A stretch of DNA of 64,000 nucleotides from an uncultured Gemmatimonadales bacterium. GTDB taxonomy: Bacteria > Gemmatimonadota > Gemmatimonadetes > Gemmatimonadales > GWC2-71-9. Positions within the stretch are counted from its first letter, which is position 1. Each line of letters begins with the position of its first letter. A program made the translations under genes and the position numbers. The notes below the pieces were generated by a model, which ran no database searches, had not been told where the DNA came from, and saw only the letters and a program-made list of their open reading frames with translations. Location of the stretch: positions 928,001-992,000 of the forward strand of contig CAWHFW010000005.1 of the NCBI GenBank assembly GCA_963828735.1, written 5' to 3'. Positions 1 to 8,215 of the stretch are shown here, piece after piece.

Positions 1-1378
1 CATCCGGTGACCACGCGAGATAGCTCGGTCCCTCCTCGCTCAGCGCGCCCTCGCCGTTCACCAGGGGGCCTGGCGCCGCCGAGACCAGCACCTTCAGCGT
101 CCCACCGAGCGCAGGAACCAGGTAGATCGTGCGGCCAGCCTCGAAGCTGAGGCTGGTTCCGTCCGGCGACCAGCGCGGCCAATGCTGATCGCCCGCCAGA
201 CTCTCGGCCACGGCGATCGTTCGCCCCCCCGAGAGCTGACGGACGTAGACCCGAAGCTGGCCACTGGGCCCCGCGGCGTACGCGAGGAGTCGTCCATCGG
301 GCGACAGCGACGGATGAATCTCCAGTCCAGGCTGGGAGGTGATCCGGCTGATCCTGCCGACGCGAACCGCGGACGTCGCCGGGGGGCGGAGCAGTGCCGC
401 CGCGGCCAGCGCGGCCACGGCCACCGCTCCAAGGGCCCAGGGCACCAACCGGTTGCCGGCGGGTCTGATCTCATCCTGCACTTGGAGCGGCGCGGCCGCC
501 GGCACGGCCGCGATGTCCGACAGCACGGCCTCGGCAGACTCAGATGCCCCGTGAGGCACGACCGAAGGCGGGGTCCGACGTGGCTCGAGCGCGAGGGCGA
601 TTGGCTCACCCGGGGACACCCGCGAGGCCGCAGGAGCCGCAGTGGCCGTCAGCGCGGCAAACGCCGCCGACTGTCTCCGGATGGTCGCGGCCAGTTCCAC
701 CACCGCGTGGTCCGGCGGCGCCTCGAGCTCCTGTTGCACCAGGACCTCGTACACCCGCGCATGCTGCATCGCGCCCGGACGGTCGCCGGCCGCCACCAGC
801 GCTTCCATCAGGCCGATCGCAACCCGGGCGTTCAGCGGATCCTGAGCCGCGAGCTTGCGCCACCACTCGGCGGCCTGGACGCGATCGCCGCCCTCTGAGG
901 CCTGGTGGGCGAGTCGCTGGAGGGCGCCCGCATAGTCTCGGGCGAGGCCCGCGCGCTCCTCCTCCAGCCAGCGCTCGAACTCGGGTGCGTCCGAGATATG
1001 GAACCCGTCGAGGAACGGCCCGATATATTCGGCGGCGGCGCGCTCGAGATGCCCGGCCTTGATGGCCACAGTGAACGCGGCGAGGTCGGAAGCGACGAAA
1101 TCGGGATTGAGGCGGAGATCGCGCGTGCCGAGAAACACCTCGTCGGCGCCCATTTCCTGACGCAGAGCGTACAGGGCCTGGTTGAGACCCTTGCGGGCGC
1201 GTTCCTCGTCGCTCTCGGACCAGAGCAGGCCCAGGAGACGGTCGCGTGTCAGTCCGTGCTCGCCCGTCGAGGCGAGCAGGGCGAGCAACGCCAGGCGTCG
1301 CGGCTGGGAGGCGGCACCTGTCAGGCGCTGCCCGTCCCGCTCGAGAAACAACCTGCCGAACGTATTGAGACGTAACAG
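1..1378 (-). CDS. SARP/BTAD-type transcriptional activator fused to a TM helix and TolB-like (PD40) beta-propeller; runs off the left edge
   Basis: Not in the ORF track. Hand translation of the minus strand: LLRLNTFGRLFLERDG..QPRRLALLALL..LTRDRLLGLLWSESDEERARKGLNQALYALR (wHTH), GPFLDGF..FERWLEEER..DPLN (BTAD), TM WALGAVAVAALAAAALL, then EIHPSLSPDGRLLAY, WPRWSPDG, LAWSPD. Start is probably CTG 1378 or TTG 1351. Confidence 0.85.
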   Translation of the reverse strand, partial: MLRLNTFGRLFLERDGQRLTGAASQPRRLALLALLASTGEHGLTRDRLLGLLWSESDEERARKGLNQALYALRQEMGADEVFLGTRDLRLNPDFVASDLAAFTVAIKAGHLERAAAEYIGPFLDGFHISDAPEFERWLEEERAGLARDYAGALQRLAHQASEGGDRVQAAEWWRKLAAQDPLNARVAIGLMEALVAAGDRPGAMQHARVYEVLVQQELEAPPDHAVVELAATIRRQSAAFAALTATAAPAASRVSPGEPIALALEPRRTPPSVVPHGASESAEAVLSDIAAVPAAAPLQVQDEIRPAGNRLVPWALGAVAVAALAAAALLRPPATSAVRVGRISRITSQPGLEIHPSLSPDGRLLAYAAGPSGQLRVYVRQLSGGRTIAVAESLAGDQHWPRWSPDGTSLSFEAGRTIYLVPALGGTLKVLVSAAPGPLVNGEGALSEEGPSYLAWSPD

Positions 1379-1473
1379 GTTGAGCTCGGTGATTTTGGGG
1401 TGACCGGACCGGGCGATCTTACGAGGACTATTCTAGGAGCCGCCTTCCCTCGCAGCAAGACATCGGAGTTCCT

Positions 1474-1905
1474 ATGCGAGCCGAATCGGAGCGCCTGGTG
1501 CGTGAGAGCTGGGCGCAGTTCGAGCCGGTGGCCGAGCAGTCGGCGGCCTTCTTCTACGACAAGCTGTTCGAGCTCGACCCCAATGCCCGCCAGCTCTTCG
1601 CCTCGACCAACATGGAGGCGCAGGGCCGCAAGGTGATGCGGATGTTCGCGGAGATCGTCCGCCACCTGGATGAGCCGGAGGATCTCGTTCCGGAGGTGGC
1701 GGACCTCGGCCGGCGGCACGTGGACTACGGCGTACAGGATTCTCAGTACGATTCGGTGGGCATCGCCCTGCTCTGGACGCTCGCGAGTGCGCTCGGTCCG
1801 GCCTTCACACCGAGCGTTCGCGACGCCTGGACAGAGGCCTACCTCTATGTGTCCAGCGTGTTGCGGCGCGCCACGACGAAGGAGCATGAGGCTCGCGGCT
1901 CCTAG
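1474..1905 (+). CDS. Single-domain globin (flavohaemoglobin-globin-like)
   Basis: LVRESW, FYDKLFELDP..RQLF, QGRK, proximal His in LGRRHVDYGV, Y..VG.ALLWTL, DAW..AY; GGAG SD upstream. Confidence 0.92.
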   Translation: MRAESERLVRESWAQFEPVAEQSAAFFYDKLFELDPNARQLFASTNMEAQGRKVMRMFAEIVRHLDEPEDLVPEVADLGRRHVDYGVQDSQYDSVGIALLWTLASALGPAFTPSVRDAWTEAYLYVSSVLRRATTKEHEARGS

Positions 1906-1967
1906 CGGCGCACGGCGCCGAGGACCGACAGCGGCCTGACTGGCGCAAGTTGTTGTGCGATGACGGC

Positions 1968-1996
1968 TTGACTCCATTGATGGCCCCGCCTAGATT
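1968..1996 (+). promoter_or_regulatory. sigma70-type promoter for the riboswitch-htpX-terC unit
   Basis: TTGACT-17 nt-TAGATT; predicted TSS near 2003 coincides with the aptamer 5' end. Confidence 0.75.
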
Positions 1997-2002
1997 CAGG
2001 TC

Positions 2003-2134
2003 GTCAGAAGGGGAGTAGCTTATCCGCCGGTGGGCGGACAATTGGATCGTCAAGACTGTCCGACCTCGGTCGGGCACGGTCCAGTTGGGGTGAGGGAGGC
2101 GCCATCTCCCGCCATCAGAGCGAGACCTTCGTCC
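2003..2134 (+). ncRNA. yybP-ykoY (Mn2+) riboswitch aptamer
   Basis: Hallmark segments AAGGGGAGTAGC, CGTCAAGAC and GCGAGACC; GAAGG (2007) pairs with CCTTC (2126); lies upstream of a TerC-family gene, the usual context. Confidence 0.88.
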
Positions 2135-2174
2135 ACGCGAAAGCGGAGCGGACGGGGTTTCGCTCTTTTCTTTT
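2117..2174 (+). terminator. Riboswitch expression-platform intrinsic terminator
   Basis: AGAGCGAGACCTTCGTCC pairs with GGACGGGGTTTCGCTCT, followed by TTTCTTTT; the stem uses the aptamer 3' strand, so the two structures are mutually exclusive. Confidence 0.8.
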
Positions 2175-2208
2175 GGCCCCACTCACGACAGATCTGACAG
2201 AGGAGCGC

Positions 2209-3045
2209 ATGAACAACATCAAGACGCTGGTCCTGATGGCCGGTCTCATGGGCCTGTTCCTGCTCGCCGGCCAGCTGCTCGGCGGATCGCAGGGGCTGAT
2301 GCTCGCGCTGATCCTGGGCAGCGCCTTCAACTTCATCATGTACTTCTTCTCGGACAAAATCGTGCTCCGGATGTACGGCGCGCAGATCGTGACCGAGGAG
2401 CAGGCGCCCGAGCTCTTCCAGCTGGTGGACCGGCTGCGTCAGCGGGCTGGACTGCCCATGCCGGTCATCGCCGTGGCGCCGCATGAGCAACCGAACGCGT
2501 TCGCCACGGGGCGAGGCCCGAACCACGCGGTGGTCGCGGTGACGACGGGCATTCTCAAGCACATGCCTCAGGAGGAGCTCGAGGGCGTGATCGCCCACGA
2601 GCTGGCGCACGTCAAGAACCGCGACATGCTGATCACCACGATCGCCGCAGGAGTCGCCGGCGCGATCAGCAACCTGCCGTACCTGATCATGTTCGGGGGC
2701 GGCCGCGGCGACGACGAGGGCCACCCCTTCGCGCGGCTCGCGCTGCTGCTGCTCGCGCCGATCGGCGCGATGCTGATCCAGTTCGCGGTCTCGCGTCAGC
2801 GGGAGTACGAGGCGGACCGGGTCGGCGCGGAGATCCTGGGTCGGCCGATCCCGCTCGCGAACGCCCTGCGCCGACTGGACGCCCTTGCACACCGGATTCC
2901 GATGGATGTGGCACCGGCCGCGGCGCCGCTCGCCCAGGTCAACCCGCTGGCCGCCCACGGCGGCGGCTTCACGCGACTCTTCAGCACCCACCCGCCCACC
3001 GAAGAGAGAATTGCGCGGCTGGAAGCGATGGCGGCGGGCCGGTAA
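2209..3045 (+). CDS. htpX: Zinc metalloprotease HtpX (M48)
   Basis: PNAFATG, VIAHELAHVKNRD, SRQREYEAD, FSTHPP; GAGGAG SD before ATG 2209. Confidence 0.95.
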   Translation: MNNIKTLVLMAGLMGLFLLAGQLLGGSQGLMLALILGSAFNFIMYFFSDKIVLRMYGAQIVTEEQAPELFQLVDRLRQRAGLPMPVIAVAPHEQPNAFATGRGPNHAVVAVTTGILKHMPQEELEGVIAHELAHVKNRDMLITTIAAGVAGAISNLPYLIMFGGGRGDDEGHPFARLALLLLAPIGAMLIQFAVSRQREYEADRVGAEILGRPIPLANALRRLDALAHRIPMDVAPAAAPLAQVNPLAAHGGGFTRLFSTHPPTEERIARLEAMAAGR

Positions 3046-3981
3046 GTGGGTCACCACGGCCTCGCCGTCTGGCTGGGCTTCACCGGCATCGTCGTGGCCC
3101 TCCTGATCCTCGACCTGGGGGTGCTGAACCGCCGGACGCACGTGCTGTCGTTCAAGGAGGCCGTGAGCTGGAGTCTCGGTCTCATCGGCCTGGCCTTGGC
3201 GTTCGGCGCGTTCCTGTGGTGGCAGGAGGGAGGCCAGCACGCGCTCGAGTACTACACGGGCTACCTCATCGAGCTCTCGCTCAGCGTCGACAACCTCTTT
3301 GTCTTCATCCTCATCTTCAACTACTTCGGCGTGCCGGCGGAGGCACAGCCGAAGGTGCTCAAGTGGGGCATCCTCGGCGCGATCGTGATGCGGTTCGTCA
3401 TGATCCTGCTGGGCGCCCTCCTGCTCGCGCGGTTCGACTGGATCATCTACGTCTTCGGCGGCATCCTGATGCTCACCGGGCTCCGCATGCTGTTCCAGAA
3501 GGACCAGCGGATCGAGCCGGACAAGAACCCGATCGTACGCATCGCCCGCAAGGTGCTGCCCTTCGCCGGCGCCTACGATGGATCCCGGTTTACCAGCCGT
3601 ACCAGCCGAGGGCGGTTGCTCGCCACGCCGCTCCTCCTGGTGCTGCTGGTGGTGGAGTGGTCCGACCTCGTGTTCGCGATCGACAGCATTCCTGCCATTT
3701 TCGCCGTCACCCGCGATCCGTTCCTGGTCTACAGCTCGAACATATTCGCGATCCTCGGGCTTCGGGCGCTGTTCTTCGTCGTCGCCGGGATGATGGACCG
3801 CTTCGTCTACCTCAAGCCCGGCGTCGCGCTGATCCTCGTGTTCGTCGGCGGAAAGATGGCCGTGAGCGCGTGGGTTCACGTCCCGATCGTCGCGAGCCTC
3901 GCCGTCATCCTGCTCACGCTGGCGGCGGCCATCGGGTTCTCACTCGTCCGGAGCGCGCGGGAGGCGCAGGCGGCGGCCTAG
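3046..3981 (+). CDS. TerC/Alx family membrane protein (Mn homeostasis)
   Basis: YLIELSLSVDNLFVF, DLVFAIDSIPAIFAVTRDPFLVYSSNIFAILGLR; abuts the htpX stop. Confidence 0.95.
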   Translation: MGHHGLAVWLGFTGIVVALLILDLGVLNRRTHVLSFKEAVSWSLGLIGLALAFGAFLWWQEGGQHALEYYTGYLIELSLSVDNLFVFILIFNYFGVPAEAQPKVLKWGILGAIVMRFVMILLGALLLARFDWIIYVFGGILMLTGLRMLFQKDQRIEPDKNPIVRIARKVLPFAGAYDGSRFTSRTSRGRLLATPLLLVLLVVEWSDLVFAIDSIPAIFAVTRDPFLVYSSNIFAILGLRALFFVVAGMMDRFVYLKPGVALILVFVGGKMAVSAWVHVPIVASLAVILLTLAAAIGFSLVRSAREAQAAA

Positions 3982-4030
3982 CGCGCCCCTCCTGGGTTGC
4001 ACGCGAGCCCGGCGTCCGCATCTTCCCCCT

Positions 4031-5371
4031 ATGCCACCATCCTCCCTGCTCGCCCGCCTGGGCCTCGACCGGCCCGAGCTCCGCGCCTGGGCCATGTACG
4101 ACTGGGCCGCCTCCTCGATGCAGACCACCATCATGGTCGCGGTCTTTCCGATCTACTTCGTGAAGGTGGCGGGCGCCGGCCTCGCCGAGGGTGGCGCAAC
4201 CCAGCGGCTCGCGACGATGAACTCGGTGGCACTCGTGATCATCGCGCTGGTCTCGCCCGTGCTCGGCGCGGTGTCGGACTACGGGGGGAACAAGAAGCGC
4301 TTCATCGCCGGCTTCACGGCGATCGGCGCGGCGGCCGTGGCCGGTCTCTTCTTCGTTCAGCGTGGCGACCTCGCGCTCGCGAGCTGGCTCTTCGTCGTGG
4401 CGCTCATCGGAGTGGCGGGGGGGTTCGTCTTCTACGAGGCGCTGCTGCCGCACATCGCGCGGCCGCACGAGATCGACCGCGTGTCGACGGCGGGCTACGC
4501 GATGGGCTACGTCGGCGGCGGGATTCTCCTCGCGTTCAACCTGGCGTGGATCCAGAAGCCGGCCTGGTTCGGGCTGCCGGCGGGCCCCGGCCTGGACGAG
4601 CACGCCGCCACCCTGCCGGCCCGGCTCGCCTTCCTGAGCGTCGCGGTCTGGTGGATCGCGTTCTCCGTGCCGCTCTTCCGGCGGGTGCCCGAGCCGCCCC
4701 GGCGGCTCGAGTCGGATGAGCGGGCCGGGCTGAGCCCGGTGCGCGTCGCGTTCGTCCGCCTCGCCGAGACGTTCCGCGAGCTCCGCGGCTACCGCCAGGC
4801 GTTCCTGATGCTGCTCGCGTTCCTGATCTACAACGACGGCATCCAGACCATCATCAAGATGGCGACGGCGTACGGCACCGAGCTCGGTATCGGGCAGAGC
4901 GCCTTGATCGGCGCGATCCTGCTGGTCCAGTTCGTCGGCATCCCATGCTCGTTTCTCTTCGGCATGGTGGCGGGTCGGATCGGCGCAAAGCAGGCGCTCT
5001 TCGCCGGCCTCCTCGCCTACACGGTCATCAGCATTCTGGGCTTCTACATGAAGACCGCGGCGCACTTCTACGTGCTGGCGGGGCTGGTGGGCATGGTGCA
5101 GGGCGGGACGCAGGCGCTCAGCCGGTCCCTGTTCGCCAGCATGGTGCCGCACCACAAGAGCGGGGAGTTCTTCGGGTTCTTCAGCGTGTTCGAGAAATTC
5201 GCGGGCATCTTCGGCCCGCTCATCTTCGCGGGGACGATCGCCGCCACGGGATCGAGCCGGAACGCGATCCTCAGCGTGATCGCGTTTTTCGCGGTGGGCG
5301 CCGCGATCCTGGCGTGCGTGAACGTGGAGGACGGGCAGCGGGCCGCGCGGGCCGCCGACCAGACAGCCTAG
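4031..5371 (+). CDS. MFS transporter, UMF1/Atg22-like
   Basis: AWAMYDWA, YNDGIQT, GGTQALSRSLF..GEFFGFF; about 12 TM segments. Confidence 0.9.
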   Translation: MPPSSLLARLGLDRPELRAWAMYDWAASSMQTTIMVAVFPIYFVKVAGAGLAEGGATQRLATMNSVALVIIALVSPVLGAVSDYGGNKKRFIAGFTAIGAAAVAGLFFVQRGDLALASWLFVVALIGVAGGFVFYEALLPHIARPHEIDRVSTAGYAMGYVGGGILLAFNLAWIQKPAWFGLPAGPGLDEHAATLPARLAFLSVAVWWIAFSVPLFRRVPEPPRRLESDERAGLSPVRVAFVRLAETFRELRGYRQAFLMLLAFLIYNDGIQTIIKMATAYGTELGIGQSALIGAILLVQFVGIPCSFLFGMVAGRIGAKQALFAGLLAYTVISILGFYMKTAAHFYVLAGLVGMVQGGTQALSRSLFASMVPHHKSGEFFGFFSVFEKFAGIFGPLIFAGTIAATGSSRNAILSVIAFFAVGAAILACVNVEDGQRAARAADQTA

Positions 5372-5994
5372 CTCGCCACCGCTCCGCATTCCACGTTGAG
5401 CCGGACGGTCACGGTCTTGCCGGGCAGGACCGTGAACGGTTGCGGGTTGCCGCCCACGAGCTGGCAGGGCTCGTCCACGTCCTTGAGCGTGACGAGATGC
5501 CTGCCTCCAGTCAGGTCGGGGAACGTTTCGCGCGCGCTGTCGTCGATGACCCGGCTCGGCGCGCCGGCAACCGTCAGCTCGTAGCCGTCCGTATCGGGTC
5601 TATCGCCGATGGTCGTGACGAGGACCAGGAATCCGCCCGTCGTCGCCTTCGCGCAGCGGACCTCGAACGTGAGCGACGCGGTGCCGTCCGACCCCACCAC
5701 CACGGACTGCGGATTGGCGCCGTTCACCTGACAGTTCTCCGCGAGCCCCGACAGACGGACGCTGTGGGCGCCGGTCGTCAGGTCCTGCAGCGTAACGCTG
5801 CCGTCGGATGCGACGAACTGCTCGGCGCCGCCGTCGATGCTGATGCTGAACCCGTCGGTGTCCGGATCGATCCCGGCCGTATTGATGACGACGAGGATTC
5901 GGCCGTCGCTGGAGACGGCGATAAATGTGTCTTCACAGGCGGCGAGCGGGCCGAGCAAGGCGAGCGCGATGGCGCTCGCGAGACGTCTCCACAT
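5368..5994 (-). CDS. Lipoprotein with two tandem beta-rich repeats
   Basis: Lipobox LAAC; repeat G..LV...T.G..PDTDG[FY]...DLT.G.H.V.L....C...G.NPQ...V.C occurs twice. Confidence 0.8.
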   Translation of the reverse strand: MWRRLASAIALALLGPLAACEDTFIAVSSDGRILVVINTAGIDPDTDGFSISIDGGAEQFVASDGSVTLQDLTTGAHSVRLSGLAENCQVNGANPQSVVVGSDGTASLTFEVRCAKATTGGFLVLVTTIGDRPDTDGYELTVAGAPSRVIDDSARETFPDLTGGRHLVTLKDVDEPCQLVGGNPQPFTVLPGKTVTVRLNVECGAVAS

Positions 5995-6019
5995 GGGATC
6001 CTCCGGACGCTGAAGCTAC

Positions 6020-6048
6020 TTGCCGCGCCTTGGCGCTCTCCCTAATTT
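6020..6048 (+). promoter_or_regulatory. Putative sigma70 promoter of the dap operon
   Basis: TTGCCG-17 nt-TAATTT, about 90 nt before ATG 6141. Confidence 0.5.
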
Positions 6049-6140
6049 GCGCCTGATCAAAAGTACGTGGCGGAAGGCGCTTCCGCCTCATCACCAACCG
6101 GAGCCCTGCCGCGCGCCTCGCCGGCGGGGCGCTTGCATTC

Positions 6141-7157
6141 ATGGACGCATTGCCCGATCCCCTGGCGCTGACCCGCGCGCTCGTCGCCCTGGAGACCCCG
6201 ACCGGCGCCGAGGGCCCGGCCACGGATCTGCTGGATGCCGCGCTCTCCCGCGCCGGGTACCGGACCGTCCGGCAACGGGTCTCGCCAGGGCGCGACAACC
6301 TGCTCGCCTTCCGCGAACCGCCGGCGCTCGTGTTCTCGACCCACGTCGACTGCGTTCCTCCCTACATCCCGCTCTCCGAGGACGCGACGGCCATCCGCGG
6401 CCGGGGAAGCTGCGACGCCAAGGGGCTCGCGGCCGCGATGGTGGCCTCGGCGGAGCAACTGGCGGCCGCCGGGGAGCGCCGCATCGGCCTCCTCTTCCTG
6501 GTCGGCGAAGAAAACGGCTCGGACGGCGCCCGCGTGGCCGCCGACCTCGGGCCGCGCGGCCAGTTTCTCGTGAACGGCGAGCCGACGGAGAACCGGCTGT
6601 CCATCGGCCAGAAGGGCTCGCTTCGGGTCGATCTCCACGCCACCGGCCGCGCCGCGCACTCGGCCTATCCGGACGAAGGCCACAGCGCCATCGCCGCCCT
6701 GCTCGACACGCTCGGCCGGATCCGCGCGATGCCACTGCCGACCGATCCCCTGCTCGGCTCGTCGACGCTCAACGTCGGGCTCATCCGCGGCGGCGTCGCG
6801 CCCAATGTGTTCGCGCCCGAGGCAACGGCGCAGGTGCTCATCCGGACCGTCGGCGCCACCGACGGGCTCAAGACCGCCATCCAGGCCATGGCCGCCCCCG
6901 GCGTGTCCATCACGTTCCCGGTCGAGCTGCCGAGCCACAAGAGCGGGGCCGCGCCGGCCGGCTGGGAGACGACGGTCGTGAGCTACGCGAGCGATCTGCC
7001 ATTCCTCACCACCTGGGGCGAGTCCTACCAGCTCGGCCCCGGCACCATTCGTGTGGCGCACACCCCCCACGAGCACATTCTCAAGGCCGATCTGCTCCGG
7101 GGCGTCGAGCTGTACACCCGGTTGGCCACCGACCTCCTCGCGCGCGAGGCGTCATGA
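6141..7157 (+). CDS. M20/DapE/ArgE family amidohydrolase, probably the DAP-pathway deacylase
   Basis: STHVDCVPP, GRGSCDAKG, GEE, GEPT, AHTPHE; first gene of the dap operon. Confidence 0.88.
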   Translation: MDALPDPLALTRALVALETPTGAEGPATDLLDAALSRAGYRTVRQRVSPGRDNLLAFREPPALVFSTHVDCVPPYIPLSEDATAIRGRGSCDAKGLAAAMVASAEQLAAAGERRIGLLFLVGEENGSDGARVAADLGPRGQFLVNGEPTENRLSIGQKGSLRVDLHATGRAAHSAYPDEGHSAIAALLDTLGRIRAMPLPTDPLLGSSTLNVGLIRGGVAPNVFAPEATAQVLIRTVGATDGLKTAIQAMAAPGVSITFPVELPSHKSGAAPAGWETTVVSYASDLPFLTTWGESYQLGPGTIRVAHTPHEHILKADLLRGVELYTRLATDLLAREAS

Positions 7158-8215
7158 CAGCCAAGATCCCCGTCAGCGTGCTCGGGGCCACCGGCACGGT
7201 CGGGCAGAAGTTCGTGCGCCTCCTCGCGGATCATCCCTGGTTCGAGGTCGCGGCGGTGGCGGCGTCCTCCTCGAGCGCGGGGAAACGCTATGGCGACGTG
7301 GTTCGGTGGCGGGAACAGGTCCCGATCCCCGAGCGGATCGCCGACCTCATGGTCCAGGAATCCGCGCCGCCGCTGCCGGGCCCGATCGTGTTCGGGGCGC
7401 TGGACGCCGAGGTCGCAGGGCCGATCGAGCAGGCGTTCGCGGCCGCGGGACAGTATGTCGTCACCAACACCCGGAACCACCGGATGGACGCGGACGTCCC
7501 GCTGCTCATCCCGGAGGCGAACCTCGACCACCTCGACCTCGTGGACCGGCAGCGTCGGGCCCGAGGTTGGCCCGGGGCCATCGTCGCCAATCCCAACTGC
7601 TCGACCGCGGCCATCGTCCTCGCCCTGGCTCCCCTGCATCGGGCGTTCGGGATCGAGAAGCTGTTCCTCTCCACGATGCAGGCGGTCTCGGGCGCCGGCT
7701 ACCCTGGCGTGCCGTCGCTCGACATCCTCGGCAACGTCGTGCCGTTCATCGGCAACGAGGAGGAGAAGATCGAGCGCGAGAGCCGGAAGATCCTCGGCGC
7801 CCTGGGCGCCGACGGCGTCCTTCCGGCGACGTTCGCCGTCAGCGCGCATACGAACCGGGTTCCCACGGTGGAGGGCCACCTCGTGGCGGCGTCGGTGGGC
7901 TTCACGCGGCGCGTGACGCCGGACGAAGCATCGGCGGTGCTGCGCGGTTTTCGTCCCAATCCGCGGGTCGCGTGCCTGCCCTCGACCCCCGACCCGGTCA
8001 TCGAAGTGGACACGCGAGCCGATCGCCCGCAGCCGCGGCTGGACATCGATCGCGGGCGGGGCATGGCGGTGACGGTGGGCAGGATCCGTCCCTGCCCGAT
8101 CCTGGATCTCCGGCTCGTGCTGCTGGGCCACAACACGATCCGTGGCGCGGCGGGCCAGGCGGTGCAGATCGCTGAGCTGCTGGTGGCGGAAGGCCGGGTG
8201 GACCGGCCTGCATGA
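7154..8215 (+). CDS. asd: Aspartate-semialdehyde dehydrogenase
   Basis: GATGTVGQ, VPLLIPEAN, NPNCST, MQAVSGAG, GHNTIRGAAG; ATGA overlap at 7154. Confidence 0.95.
   Translation: MTAKIPVSVLGATGTVGQKFVRLLADHPWFEVAAVAASSSSAGKRYGDVVRWREQVPIPERIADLMVQESAPPLPGPIVFGALDAEVAGPIEQAFAAAGQYVVTNTRNHRMDADVPLLIPEANLDHLDLVDRQRRARGWPGAIVANPNCSTAAIVLALAPLHRAFGIEKLFLSTMQAVSGAGYPGVPSLDILGNVVPFIGNEEEKIERESRKILGALGADGVLPATFAVSAHTNRVPTVEGHLVAASVGFTRRVTPDEASAVLRGFRPNPRVACLPSTPDPVIEVDTRADRPQPRLDIDRGRGMAVTVGRIRPCPILDLRLVLLGHNTIRGAAGQAVQIAELLVAEGRVDRPA

Noticed and set aside
182..1375. Plus-strand ORFs 182-898 and 905-1375, and other long antisense ORFs (e.g. 2050-3879, 7699-9582, 41653-44205, 58799-61312)
   Set aside because: Shadow or alternative frames of well-supported genes in high-GC DNA; Arg/Pro/Ala-rich with no family motifs
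6000..6140. Lysine riboswitch upstream of the dap operon
   Set aside because: Only fragmentary resemblance (AAAGTA, GGAG); too short for the five-helix aptamer
6020..8215. 731-aa ORF suggesting an N-terminally extended Asd (similar extensions on dapA, the aminotransferase, cupin and atpB)
   Set aside because: Extensions overlap real genes in another frame; the true starts have ATGA overlaps or SD/-10 signals
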